From contig OX597817.1 of the NCBI GenBank assembly GCA_951406725.2, positions 125,736,001 to 125,800,000 of the forward strand: a DNA stretch of 64,000 nucleotides. The letters run 5' to 3'. Source of the stretch: Octopus vulgaris (lineage: Eukaryota). The position numbers were made by a program, and so were the translations under genes. Below the pieces are notes generated by a model. It ran no database searches. It saw nothing but the letters and a program-made list of their open reading frames with translations, and was not told where the DNA came from. Shown piece by piece: positions 13,498-27,400 of this stretch (positions are counted from its first letter, which is position 1; each line of letters begins with the position of its first letter).

Positions 13498-13712
13498 TTT
13501 GATTTCAAACTTTGGCACAAGTTCAGCAATTTTTGGGGTGTGCGCAAATCAAATGCAACGACCCTAGTACTCAGCTGGTACTTGTTTTATCAACCCCGAA
13601 AGATTAAAGGTAAAGTCGACCTCTGCGGCATTTAAACTCAGAACGTACAGACGGACGAAATGCAACTAAGCATTTTTCCCCGCACGGTAACGACCCTGCC
13701 ATCTCGCCGCCA
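13498..13712 (-). mobile_element. Family C SINE variant (ttgtgccaaa tail)
   Basis: Head ggcggcgagatggcagg on the minus strand; degenerate TSD cctatgaaat at 13488-13497 and 13720-13729. Confidence 0.85.
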
Positions 13713-13749
13713 TAAAGCTCCTATGAAATATTGAGAGTATTTCCCGTAG

Positions 13750-15720
13750 AAAAATCGCTTCGACAAATGAAAAATAATAATAAAAAATGCTTCAATGATC
13801 ACGTAGAATCAATGTAAACTGGTGCAGATATAAATATTACCAGGTTAAGCAAAATAATATAGACATCAAACATTGTAGTTACAAAAGAAAATGGTTTCTT
13901 GCGTATATCCACTGATATAGGAATATATATAATCTTAAAATCAGCTAGGGGGATAGCATACAAAAAGTGCGAAATAAAACAAATCCTTAAATGTTTCACA
14001 AAATCAATAACACTAGAACACAATCGAAAAGAAATCAGTCATAGCACACCTGTTCTCTAACAAAAATCTGTCTAGAAGCAAAGAATGCTTGAAACAAGAG
14101 TTCCTCTCAGAATAATAAGTAATCGGTCAGTACCATAACATAACAATGTAATCTTTTTTTTAACGGAACAAACCATTAAAAACAATATGAAGAACTGCGC
14201 ATAAGATAAAAACTGATCCAAGATAATGAGCAAGAAAAGTGGATGACTTCTGTGAAGGAGTCTGACAGAATTAATTATCAGTGATGTGGTGGTTCAAAAC
14301 AATGAACAGAACCAAAGGAATCTTTGGAAGATATTTTGGCGAACGAAAATATTCCCCACATACTAAAATCTAGAAAAGCATTTTTAAATTTCAGACGATG
14401 ATATCATCTCAACTGAACGAAATTATCGTCAGATATAAATTAAATACTGACATATCCAGGGAAAAACTCCGACTTGTTTCCAGGTATACTGTGGAGAACA
14501 CATTCCTCATCTGCAAGAATAAAGAAGCAGCAAATCTTAGAATAATAAACCGCTAATATGCCTCGCCACAACCTGCTAAATCTTCATTGGAATAAGATAA
14601 CAACAAATTAGTAAACATCTAGGAATAAATAAACTGCTTCTAGAAGAGCAGAAAGATCCCTGCAAAGGATTATTTGGCTGTAAATATCACTTACTGATCA
14701 AAGAAACCAATCATAACTGAAAATTATAGTATGAGAAATAAGGGTCTGAGGGGGAGAAGTTTTGGCTACAAGTCGTGTGAGAGGGCGGGCAGCATGTAGA
14801 TCATGAAACATTAGCCAAATGAAAGGCGTTGTACATGAGACATAAATACATCAAACACGTCATGTGTAAATAGCACATATGAAGTGAGTGCTATAATATG
14901 AAATCCCATCTGATTGAAAAGGAATATTTTCAAAGTCTTTCTATCTCTGCCTCATTTCTGCATGATGATAACACCTTAATCAGTGTACAGCCAAGGACAT
15001 AAAAGCTATTTCAGAGAAATCAACAACCTTTAATATATATGTGATCTGAATAGCACACTGTAGATGATAAAGAAATAAGAACGCTAGTAATGATAATTCA
15101 GCGATTTACTTTAAAAACTGGAGGGAGATTCAAATTAGAAAAATAGGTACGAAGGAAACTATGGACAGAAGAATGAACGAGGAGCATTAATATCAAGATG
15201 GATAACAACAAGGAATCAAGAGAATAAGACCGAATTCAGACGTACAAATATATTTGAAGCAATGAACCATGTGCTACATACAAGCATAAACGAGGAAGAT
15301 ACTACACATTGTTAGAAATCTATTAGACTGATACTTAAAATAGTATAAAATGCGAAAACAAAGAATAAAGGAAGTAATTGGTGTCAAATATTCAAGCCGT
15401 CGCAGTAATAATGTAGAGTTATATTTCTAACTGGATATTAAATGAATTTGGAAGTCTAGACAGAAAAACACCTAAAAAAGTGTACCGCCTAAAATCTGAT
15501 CTAGAGTGTTTATAGTCACCTCAAATACAGTGAAGTAGGAGCTTTATGCAATTAAGGAAATATAAAATGTCCATTGTATGTAAACGATATATCTTGAGAA
15601 ATCTCGTACAGATAGCTAGAGAATGAATAAAAAATATCTACTGTCTTTCAAGAAGACAAGAAAATGCAAAACAAAGACTTGATTTATCAGATAGTTGAAA
15701 TGGGAAAGAACAAAGAACTA
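13750..15720 (+). mobile_element. Highly degenerate R4/Dong-type LINE body (RT region)
   Basis: ctagaagagcagaaagatccctgcaaaggattatttggctgtaaatatcacttactgatc (about 14640-14700) matches PEEQKGYCKGSYGCKDQLMI at 57975-58035; cgtacaaata at 15241 and cctaaaatctgatctagag near 15490 keep the same order; limits approximate. Confidence 0.7.
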
Positions 15721-15790
15721 CAGAATCAGAAAATATGGAGCTTCAGAAACCATTCTCTTCAAATCTTTCACATTGTAGCTAAATAAGGAG

Positions 15791-16078
<288 letters not shown>

Positions 16079-16395
16079 GTCCCTATCTGTGGAAGTTCTA
16101 TATTCGCGTTTTATAGAGGAGTTTTGTTGATCGCCAAAAGCAACGACGATTTAGAGGATACGTCTGGCAATCAAAATAAACTGCCTGGTCTGGGATGTAT
16201 CTGTAATTTCGAGAAATGCCTGACGTGAAGTGCTACCGGTGGGGAGGTATGCATTCGCGATAAAATGTATAAGCTCGGAATTGCGATCAATTAGGCCTGT
16301 CTAGAACGCGTGCAGAAGAACGAAACATTTCTCTACCTACTCTTCCAGTAATTGGGTGTCGTTGATTTCCACGACACGGTACGTTGTGGTATGTT

Positions 16396-16480
16396 TCTTC
16401 TTCTTCTTCTTCTTCTTCTTCTTCTTCTTCTTCTTCTTCTTCTTCTTCTTCTTCTTCTTCTTCTTCTTCTTCTTCTTCTT
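16396..16480. repeat. (CTT)n microsatellite
   Basis: Directly visible. Confidence 0.97.
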
Positions 16481-17154
16481 TCCAGTGTTGATCAAATATG
16501 TTCCAATTCAATCGATAGATACACTCTTACAAATTTCAGTCATTGTTGTGTATATCAGAAAGGATCTCTATCATCATCATACCATCACCCATTCCCATCA
16601 CCAAAACGAATTGCTATTGTTATAATTATTATGAATAATATTTATTATTAATGTTTATTTGGAGGAAAATTCTAATCTTACGATTACGATTGACTAGCAA
16701 GTTGAAGTTTCACACGCCGGGACAAGTCTCAGGTAACATAATGTCTGCGGTATATTCATTTAATTATTGAAGGAAACTAATTTGCTTATTTAAATTTGGT
16801 AGTTATTTTGATATTATTTAAATTAGTTTTCTTCGAAAAAGTTTGCTTGCAATATGTGAGTGTGTGTGTGTGTGTGTGCGCCTGTATATATAATGCATTC
16901 ATTTATTATAATACATTTATGTAATGAATATAAATTTTACAACACTACATGCGCATATGTATGTGTGTCTGTATACATATATATACATATATATACACAC
17001 ATATAAATGAAAAGTTTATGTATATATATATATATATATATATAATGCTATATTATGTTATATGCACATGTATCTCCGTACGTATAAACACATATATTGT
17101 AGTTTAAATCATTAATGGGACTGATGCTTCTGCTAATTATTCTATTTTATTAAT

Positions 17155-17930
17155 GTATTTCTTTTTTACCCACAAGGGGCTAAACATAGAGAGGACAAAC
17201 AAAGACAGACAAAGGGATTAAATCGATTACATCGACCCCAGTGCGTTACTGGTACTTAATTTATCGGCCCCGAAAGGATGAAAGGCAAAGTCGACCTCGG
17301 CGGAATTTGAACTCACAACGTAACGGCAGACGAAATATCGCTAAGCATTTCGCCCGACGTGCTAACGTTTCTGCCAGCATCAATAACAATGAATATAAGA
17401 ACTCCATAACACAAGAACAATTACAACAACACCAACAATATTCTTTTCTACTCTAGGCAGAAGGTCCGAAATTTTTCGGAAGAGACCAGTCGATTAGTTC
17501 GACCCTAGTACGCAACTCGTACGTAATTTATCGACACCGTAAGGATGAAAGGCAAAGTCGACCTCGGTGGAATTTGAACTCAGAACGTAGCGGCAGACGA
17601 AATACCTATTTCTTTACTACCCACAAGGGGATAAACACAGGGAGGACAACAAGGACAGACAAACGGATTAAGTCGATTATATCGACCCCAGTGGGTAACT
17701 GGTACTTATTTAATCAACCCCGAAGGGATGAAAAAACCAAGTCGACCTCGGCGGAATTTGAGCTCAGAACGTAGCAGCAGATGAAATACCGCTAAGCATT
17801 TTGCCCGGCGTGCTAACGTTTCTGTCAGCTCACCGCCTAACAACACCAACAATTTTAATAGATGTTTCAAATATTTTGCACAAGGCCAGCAATTTTTTAT
17901 GAGGTAATAGTTTAAGAAATCGACCTCTGC
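17155..17930 (-). mobile_element. Cluster of co-oriented family C SINE copies
   Basis: Repeated aagtcgacctcgg(c/t)ggaatttga blocks near 17290, 17556 and 17741; copies at about 17155-17378, 17440-17604, 17605-17838 and a remnant at 17860-17930. Confidence 0.9.
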
Positions 17931-18049
17931 GGTATCTGAACGCTCTAAAGAATCTGCTGTGATCTAACCTTACTGGGTGAAGTAATTTACTGAATATCTC
18001 GAAAAATAGCGGGACTAATATGCACATTATTTGCAGAGCGTACCGCAAT

Positions 18050-19020
18050 CCCATGTTCGATAACAAATGACGGAACAGTAATGTGCTGGAAATGTGGAGG
18101 TAGGGGATCTTAGATAAGTCAATGCTGAGACTAACTTAGAGATGGTGTCATTACGCTATAGGAAGGTGTGCAATATAAGTTTTCATTCGTGTATCTAGAA
18201 TTGCGCACGATATCGTTTCCCTTATTGGACAGAAGTATAAATGGCTTGAACACTGAACTCGCATCGATGTAGCAGAGCGTAGTTTGTGTCTAAATGAAGC
18301 GTGGATTCTTAAAGGCGATAGCTTCTCCCCATTCCTTTTTGTTTCGCAGAAGTTACCATAGAATTTGATTTTGAGAAACACTGGATATGAACTCAATGGC
18401 AGAAAAGAGAGGATCAGCAATTTACTTTTAATGACAGACTTGAAGATTCGAGGAAAAGATAATATGTCACTGGTTCTTACAATTTATTACTTTAGTGCGT
18501 AAAACGGAATAGAATTTATGTTGAAAATGTATGTGATGCTGATTTTAAAAGGAGGCAAAGTCCAACAAAGGAATGACGTGAAGTCGCCCAAGGTAGGGTT
18601 AATGAAGAGAATTGACAATTAGTAATAATATATGTAGACGTTTTGGAAAGGGACGAACTGATGGAAAGCCAAATGAAGACGATATCCTCTGTTAAGTATT
18701 ACCAAAGACTGAGATTGACTTTGAATACTAACCTGAATGGGAAGAAATTCAAGAAATTTGCATATGGGAATCGGTCTCTTGAGATATAGAGCAGGAATGA
18801 TACACAGGAAAAAACCCCAGCTAGCTTTATATAAAATAAGAAAACTGCTGACAATAAAGTGTGCGTTCCACTCAAGCAGCGATGTAGACATGCTACACGC
18901 GACAAAAATGAAAGGCAGGAGTGGATACGTTGTGAGGATTCAGTCAGAAAATAATATCGTTTTTTTTCTGGTATATAACGAATGAAAAGGGAGCGCTGCT
19001 TACACAAATAAGGAAGACGA
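18050..19020 (+). mobile_element. Highly degenerate R4/Dong-type LINE RT fragment
   Basis: cgtggattcttaaaggcgatagcttctccccattcctttttgtt (about 18300-18343) is a decayed RGIFQGDSLSPLLF; gcgttccactcaagcagcgatgtagac resembles HHPKSDIER. Confidence 0.65.
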
Positions 19021-19759
19021 ATTTATAACATATGCAAATCAGTCATGATACGATACAGTACAAAATAAAAACAGGAATGACTAGGCAAAATCACACATAC
19101 ACACACACACAAACACACACATACACACACATGCAGGAATACACCAAAACACATGTAGACAAACTTACACGTACAAACAGAGAGAAAGAGGGTGAGAGAG
19201 AGTAGGTAAGAATGCAGTAGATTTCTTGACCAGTGGTTGTGTATTTGTGAATGAATTCTTGAGATACCCAAATGGTTTTATTTTTGGTGAAAGCTGAAAT
19301 TAGTATAGTAACGAGAAGTACCAATTCGAAAACTGGAACAATACACCTTTGAGATTCACAGTCGAGCATTGTATATGATCATAAATTGAATACAGCTGAA
19401 GAAACTTGTAACTTTGATTTGAAAACCTACCTTTCTCTTGCAACTATTTTATGTATAAAGGCTGACTAGGAAAAATTATAGGAAACTGTGATTTGATAGA
19501 ATGCATTATTTTCGTCAGATTATTAATATAAAATTAAAAACTAATAATATATTCTTATTTGGTAATATGAGTTATATTGGGTAATATGAGATTTATTAGG
19601 TAATATGAGATTTGGTTCCATTAATCTTTATTTAAATGGTTTTGGAAATTATGTTGTTTACATTTAACTATGTAGAAGTTTTCTTTTTTAGAATAAAATA
19701 TTTCAGTTACTAACAATAATATGCTGATTACTTGTTTTGTATCTGTATGAACCATTAAT

Positions 19760-21678
19760 TACATCGGGGAATACGGTATTAGTTGTCTGATGTTAAAGAC
19801 ATGCTACCTCGTAATTTTGGGGTGTTGATTTCAAAAGTGAAATCCATTTCGCTCTAACATGTCAAGATTTTTCACAAACGCAAATGTAAATTTTTCAGCA
19901 TATCCGGTATTGTCACAATTTCTAATGTTAGATTTCGCTTCATCATGTGGAAACTCATGTATGGAGCTTGACATAATTTGAAGATACTTGTTCAATATCA
20001 TTTACAATGCAACTACACTAGTGAAAAAGAAGTCAGGATTTCAATATCTCCAGTAAACAAGCATCAAACTTGAGCATCTTTCTCTATGTTCAATCTAGCC
20101 ATTTATGATGTCATAATGATAACAGAAATGTCCTTTATACAACTGGATGTTAATAATCAACACATTTCTAAGGTACTTGATATCATGCATGTCTCATATT
20201 TGTTGAGTTTGTCTGTAGTTATACCCACGATTGATTTAGTATGATTCATTGCTAACATAGAAGGAACATATTTTGCTGGACTTTTAACTATTTATGAAAA
20301 TTGGTATTTGAATGCACTCTCAATGTTTTAAATCTCAGGGCACATGGGTCAAGGTAATTCTTTGTCAATATTAGTTAAAGGACTCTAAAAAGAACTTTAT
20401 GATATGTGTGCTCTTTATAGAACTTTGCTATCACAAATCTGCATTGGCGTCTTTTATAACTTTTGACGTGGTGACAATTCTGAAACTGTTTTTTTTTCCA
20501 GGTGAGAACTGGGTTGAATATATCTCCGAAATATAGCCAGTTGTGTGAGATGAAAATGTAAGCAAAGTCCCGATGTTTTCCATTATATTTGTAGATATTG
20601 CATTTTACTTAGGCAGCGAAGCAAATTTACAGATTTAGTGAAGGAAGTTTACCTTACTTACTTTGGCATGAAACTGGGTGATAAAGACCTGAGCACTCAA
20701 CATATAATGTATAAAACAAGTGTTGAAACACTGAGAGAGTCTCTATTTCAAATACTTAAGAAGAAAGTTTCTATTCTTTCCTTAAGAGAAAAGTAAAGTT
20801 GGTGCGTTTGACGGATCATAGATTAGGTGGCTATAGCAGAACGAACAGTGATTGAAGACCATGTCTGACCTTGAAATACACAGAATGCTTTTTTTGTAGT
20901 TATGTCTGATTTCCTGGGAAACAGGAAGTCATCAAATTATAAATTGTGCAAACTCTGTTGATCAGTTTTTGAACACTCGGCCTCAACATGAATATAAAAG
21001 TACATTTCCTGCACAGTCATCTGGAATATGACCCTGGAAATTATAGTGCAATAAGTGATGAGCAAAGAGAAAGATTCTACCTAGACATCGATATCATGGA
21101 GGCTAGGTAACAAGGCAGATGGAACACAAATGCGGCGACTCACTACTGCTGGTGTCTGCAAAGAGGCTGTCGTGATGTAAGTTCTTCACGTAAAGCAGCA
21201 AAGAGAACGTTCACTCCTTACGTTGCTAAAACTGCAGTGTGACAGATATATCTATCGTAAAATGAAACATTTTGTGTTATATATTTGTTAAACAATAAAT
21301 AAGTACTAAATAGTTTGTGCCATTATCGTATTTTAGTATTGAATTTAATGGCAAAATTGATATTTTTGGTAAAAAAATTAATTCTTATCAAACAAAAAAT
21401 GTGACAAATTTTTTTCAGGGCATAATTGCTAAATCAAAACAAGTTGTTTCGAAAATGTTCCCTAATGTTATCAATACAATTATAAACGCAACTGACCAGC
21501 CTACTGCTTATGGACAAACAATACATTTGTTCCTATACAGTGAGTAAGCTATAGAAAAAATACTTGATGTTATAGAAAGAAACGGATTGCAGTTTTGAAA
21601 TCAACAAGCCGATTTTAGTCTAAATCACGTAAAAAAGTAAACTCAACAGAAATTATGTTCAACGTTGTTCCCTACGTA
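19760..21678 (+). mobile_element. Internally deleted Chapaev3-type (CMC superfamily) DNA transposon
   Basis: Inverted subterminal motif GTTGATTTCAAAA(G/C)TG(A/C)AATCC at 19824-19845 and 21584-21605; transposase remnants inside; exact termini uncertain. Confidence 0.75.
20533..21230 (+). pseudogene. Chapaev3-type transposase remnant (N-terminal Chapa region joined to the C-terminus)
   Basis: KCKQSPDVFHYICRYC...VKEVYLTYFGMKLGDKD (20555-20690), then FLGNRK, LGLNMNIKVHFLHSHLE, AISDEQRERFYLDIDIMEAR*QGRW and HYCWCL; family assignment from recalled motifs. Confidence 0.8.
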
Positions 21679-23579
21679 TTATGTTTATTTACTACGATAC
21701 CTTTTAATTACCAAGTTTAACAGAATTTATACTGTAACATAACAATTCCTAAACTTGAGTACAGTGCTGGTAACAGAAGTGAAGTTGTATAATTTCTTAG
21801 AGAGTATTGTCGAAGAATTTCTGTTTTCTTATAGCGTTGGAAAAGCAAGTCAGTACGGTGCTGGGCATCACCTTGGACTCTATAAGTTATTATATATTCA
21901 CAGATGGAATCTGAACTTAACAGGACAGTTCAATTAAGCACTCATTAAAATTTCAAAGTGATGCTGCTACTATTGTTTACAGAATTAATCTATTCCTGTG
22001 CCATGTTTCCAGTTTATATATAGATACACTTGGAAAATAAAAGGATTTAGTGTATTCGCAATTGAAGCTCCATCGACAGGATGTTAATTACCAACTGTTT
22101 GTATAGTAGGTCAGCATACTTAAACTTCATGCTTAAACTACATGCAAATTACTTCAAGTCATGTTTGATCACTAAAGATTAAAAAGTGCATGCTATGTAA
22201 CACATTATACAATAAATGTGTGAGTAGTTTAATGAAGTGTTTGGAAATACATCGCTGACATAGCTGAGAGGAATTTTAATCCTTTCTGTTTAAATAAATT
22301 ATATTTAAACTTGCTGCTCCACAATTTAAACGCTAAACATATTTTATATGCAGCATGAAACATTGGCATTTGAGACATCTTGATTTCAATTACAGTCCTT
22401 TAGCTAAAGTCATTCCACTTTGCTTAGAACATTACGTTCTTCGAAAGGCAACTAATGTGTTATACTTTGCAAAATTTGTGACCTATGTATCTAATAAAAT
22501 GAGTGAAAACCGCTAGCTTATTAGTTGTTTTATGAATGATATTTCAAAATTAAAACCACTATAAACAAGTAGTGAAACTGTTCTGTAAATAATGCGCATC
22601 ACATGCATGATATAATACATTATATAGGCAAAAATCACAAGATGTGACAAGGGAGACTCTCATTTAAGTAATGTTTAATACCGTACCTAATGTAACAAAA
22701 TCACAATGCACAAAACATTATAAATAGAAAGTGAAACACATCTACGAAATGAATTTGCTTATGATACACAAATTATATTTTTAGACTAACACTACAATAA
22801 ACACACATTAGAGTACATCCAATATAAGGTGGATATACTGTAAAAAGCCAGGTAACTATGGCACTGATCTCCAGAAATCATTTAATACAGATGTATAATA
22901 CTAAAGAGCACATATAAATCAGTAACAGGTAAAATGCGTCTAGCAGCGCCAATGGAATTGGTAAATCCAGCTTTCTGATTCTTAGAGAGTAATTAGTGCC
23001 AATATTCCACTAGGCAATGTATGCTTTGACAAAGTTAGTTTCTACTGATATACAAAAACAAACACTGAGTAACAAATCACCGGTGATTGTAAACACCCAG
23101 TAGGGAGGGTAAAAATTCGTTATTAGCGACAGAAGCAAATTTAGTTTAAAATAACATTCTTTATTTCTTTCCTCACATGGATACACTGCAAGAAAGCACA
23201 AATATGTTGTACGGTCTCTATCTCCACCTTAAAGTAGATATACAGAATAATAGTTTGAACCAATACTGCTTCTATTTGTAATAACAAACAACAAATAAGG
23301 TTACAAAGTAATGCCCACGTACTATATGCATGATATGTGTAACTTGTACTACATTAGGTATGTTATAGAATTGGAACTGTTTTCTATAAAACGTCTAAGA
23401 GGAATGCATTATGATCAGTCTGTCAAGATGAAAGCTTAGTGTATTGCATTATTTTTGCTTATGTTCTCCTTTACTATACCTATTGTTCTGATTATTATTG
23501 ATATTGTTTTAATTTTCATTGTCAATTACTTGGTTATTTCTACCAGAATCTTTTAACTTAATTTGTTTTTGATACTATT

Positions 23580-25046
23580 TCATAATTTATTGTTTGCCAC
23601 AAGACTCGAAATATCTGTAAGTGTATGAGGACTTCCGTTATTATCTTTATCGTATCTCTATGGTTTGTTCAGACTTGTTATTTGAATATAAAATTTTTAG
23701 CCATCTCACTTGCATAAAACTTTCTAGCTCAGTCGTACTCCTTTCCCCCGTAATTTAAGGAACGGAATATTCCTATATTTCGATTTTACAAGGAGAAAAT
23801 GTCCAGAAACTAAATCAATCGTTTCCTTGTTCTGAAGGCACATCTTGCACTTTATATTAGCCGCTTGTTTCATTATGTTGTTTTTGTAGTTATACGTGGC
23901 TGCGTATTGATCATATGCTACTAGAATCAACCCTTGTCTCTCTGCTTTTAAACTATTGATTTGAAGTCATTGCTAGCTTTCATAGAGATTTACTTCCTCT
24001 TTGTGAAGTCTTGCAGAATAAAAGCAATGGAATATGTTCTGCAAACTTTTCTTTCCTTAGTATATTTATGGATTCTATTTTGATTTTTTGGTCTATTGTA
24101 GCTAATCAGTTTCATCACAACGTAAGTATTTATATGGATGGTTTTGTTGCAATTCCCTGGTTTTATTGACTGGATCTATTTGAATATTCGCACTCTTAGT
24201 TTTGCAATAGTTCTGTCTCATTTGAATAGCCTAGTACTTACTGCTATTTCCTGGACTATGTTGAAGGCTCTCAACTGCGTATTGCATATTATAAATAGCG
24301 TTAAATTATCCATATTGAATTGATGGATTAAAATGTGTACATAGCACTCGTAATAATCGATGGTTTTATTCAGCAAAGGGGGTTAGGAATACGTAGGACA
24401 GTAGAGGGAGTAAGAAACCGTTTTCAGCATATGGCTGCTTTTTAATCATCGCTTTGTTCTGCCGTGAAATGTTTGCTTTGAATTGCGAGAGGAAATTTAT
24501 AATGTACTGTGTTTTTATGGGCGTGTTTCTACATGTGTCCATTATCCAAGAGAGCCATATTTTTTGGTAATAACTTCATCCCTGACCGAAACATTTCTTC
24601 TCCATTTCCTAACATCATAAGTACCCGATTCACCAAGAAGTAATCTTTGCGACAATGCTTCCGCTCATCCTGAAATATGTTATTGCTTTCCAGGTGAGCA
24701 ACCAACCGAAGTGTAAATTTTAAGGCTTTGTTTGTTATTGTCAAACAAATTATACTTCTGTTCTAATGAGGGTCTCAGGTGATTTGGCTACTAGGAATAA
24801 ATATTGTTCCTCCTCCAGTAATTAAAGGGTGTCCATTTTGCTCTCTTTACTGATTAATTTACTAATTCAATGAATACTGTTTCCACATATTCATGAGAGT
24901 TTGAAAAGAATTTCGGAAATTAGGGACTTTTCAATCGAAATATCTTTCAGTTGATTGCAATTCATACTGTGTTACTAATTACATGCTGGTTTTGCAGGGC
25001 AATGCTGCAGCGTTATTGCATTTATTAAACCTTATTTCATTCCAAT
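23580..25046 (-). mobile_element. Degenerate R4/Dong-type LINE, 3' part
   Basis: ORF 23724..23930 (ILVAYDQYAATYNYKNNIMK..IKCKMCLQNKETIDLVSG) matches LIAAQDQSLPTRNYQKHVMK..SNCRICGDGQETINHIISG; ORF 24529..24744 HLESNNIFQDERK matches HLDENNLFPEEQK. Confidence 0.8.
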
Positions 25047-25048
25047 TA

Positions 25049-26255
25049 CGAGAGTGGGCTGAAAAGTTCATAGTCTGATTATGAAATTATGAAGGAGTGA
25101 TGCTGACACAAATATCAGCCGACTTATTAATAACTTCTTGTTTCTTTCCTGGTAAATTGACATGTAAAACTAGTTGCGACTTTTCTTAAGACTGGGCAAA
25201 TTCGGCATCGTGATGCCACCAGAAAGACTTTCATGCTCACATGGATGCTAAATCAGGGACTGATGTTCCAGCTTTATCAACAGTGCACATGTAAGCAGCT
25301 AAATTTAGGAGTTAAAGGGAGACTCGTGAAGTTGACCGAAGATCTGGTACTTCTGCAACTACCACCACCGACGAAAACATTGCTCATGTTTCCACATGGT
25401 GATGTACGTCAGGCGATTGACAACACATCCCATAGTCAATGCTACTAGTATATTCCGTGAGAGATTTGAACATATTCTGTACGATGAATTGCCATGAGGA
25501 GTGTTTCTTCTCGGTGGGTGCTTCGCCGTCTGATACCCGATCAAGAGCTCACAATAATATCACGGGAACAGGTAACACTGTTTGAGGTAGATGCATCCGG
25601 TTTCACTGAAGGTTTTCTAAGCCAGGATGAGTGTTGGGTTCGTCACTTTGTGTCAGAGAGAAAGAAACAATACATGTAGTAAAAAAATACCCCACCTCAC
25701 CTGCTCCAAAGAAGGACAAGATTGTATCATCTGCCGGGAAGGCGATGGTCTCAGGTTTTGGGGGATCCAAATGGCATTGTGTTTATTGACTATCTTAAAA
25801 ATGGCTACACCCACAATGGAGAGTACTATGTTAAATTGCTGAAGCAGTTATGAAAGGCTATCAATGCCAAGCATCCAGGAAAACTGACCAACGGGAGCTT
25901 GTTTCATCAGGACAATGCTCCAGACTTAAATCCTTATTTTCAGTGGCTGTTATGCATGACTGTTGCATTGAGCTAGTAAATCCTACTCCCTTTACTCCTG
26001 ATTTGGCCCATTTGATTATCAGGAAAAGAAAGTACTTGGCTAGGATCCAGTGTTGTAGTGATGATGACGTCATGTCTGCTCTTGATCACACTTTTTATGA
26101 AGAGGATAAAAGTTCTTTACCAATGGGATCCAAGCGCTGCACCATTGATAGATGTGTATGGACCGAAAGGAGCATTATGTTGAACAGTAAACCTTATTTG
26201 GTTACATTCCATGAAAGTATCTTCGCCAGCCTATGACCATTTCTGCGGATCCTCG
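25049..26255 (+). mobile_element. Degenerate mariner transposon inserted into the LINE
   Basis: Imperfect TIRs CGAGAGTGGGCTGAAAAGTTCATAG versus reverse complement CGAGGATCCGCAGAAATGGTCATAGG; motifs SRWVLRRL, DECWVRHF, LFHQDNAP, PFTPDLA spread over several frames. Confidence 0.9.
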
Positions 26256-27400
26256 TTTTTACTGTGTTAAATGCCTTTGTTACCAACTTTTGCTTTCTAT
26301 TTCAATCTCCATTTGTGTTAATAGATAATACAGTGTAAATTATTTTATGTACTGTCCTGATAAAATGAGTTCCTATTTGCTTCAAATATTATGGTACCCT
26401 GAAAGACAGATTCACACTTTTCGAAGACACTTATTAAGGCTTACTTGGTTTCTGAATAGGTGCGAATTGTTTCCATCAGGGTGAGAGTGCCATTTCCTTG
26501 ACGTATACTGGTAAGCTTTCATAAGTTTTTCATACGCTGTGTGTTCTTCCTCAGCGGAATTCCTTTCTTCACAGGTGGTGTACATTATTTTGCAGACTTT
26601 TCACAACATTTATAATTATTTTCATTGGGTCCTTTCCGTTTTCGTCTCTGTTATGAAGGATTCTGCTTAATCACTTTCGTATCTGTGTACCCTATTGTCA
26701 TGACTGTAAGATGTGGCGTCGTTGTGATGATGCTACTTTCGTGTACTTTAGCTCTGCAGTTGTTGCTATTGTTTTCGGTAACGTCTTCCTTCAGCGGTTA
26801 TGAGTAGGAGAGGGGTCCTGGCGTTTCATATTTCGCTGCTATCAGTGAGGACAAGGTAATTTCATTTGTCGATTCACGAATTGCTCCAGGTCTCCAAAGT
26901 GACAACCACCATGATTTTCGTTAGATTATCCTTCTTAGACTTTCTGTGCAGAAAGATTTTCGATGAATTTTGCTGCGACAGTTGTAAGAAATGTTTCATC
27001 TATCGTTAATGTTGACCTTAAAGATTTTCTTCTCAGCACTCTTAGTAACGTACTTTGGTTTTGCAGAATCATAAGTACTTGTATGTGCATAGTGGTCTCC
27101 CCTTCTACATATCACCAAATATCACTCTTGAGTTTAGCTTTTACCGTCTTCCTATGGTGCGTCATAAGCATGACTGGATCTCAGGGATCGACCTCATAAC
27201 CAATGTCCCTGAGGTTTACCTTTAAGCTTCTTCGTTTAACAACCGCAAAATCAGCTTATTGCCAGTTTTATCGTATTCTGTATGGCCTTGCAATTCCGCT
27301 TTCGCCTTGTCCTGTTTTAGAAAATTACAAGTTTTATGATATTTACTTTTATCCTTCAAATGAAGTGATCGGATGTACTAGCTTGTATTCTTGGTAAGAA
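26256..27400 (-). mobile_element. Probable 5' continuation of the interrupted R4/Dong-type LINE
   Basis: T-rich plus strand (A-rich coding strand) with weak similarity to 56.5-57.6 kb; directly abuts the mariner. Confidence 0.45.
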
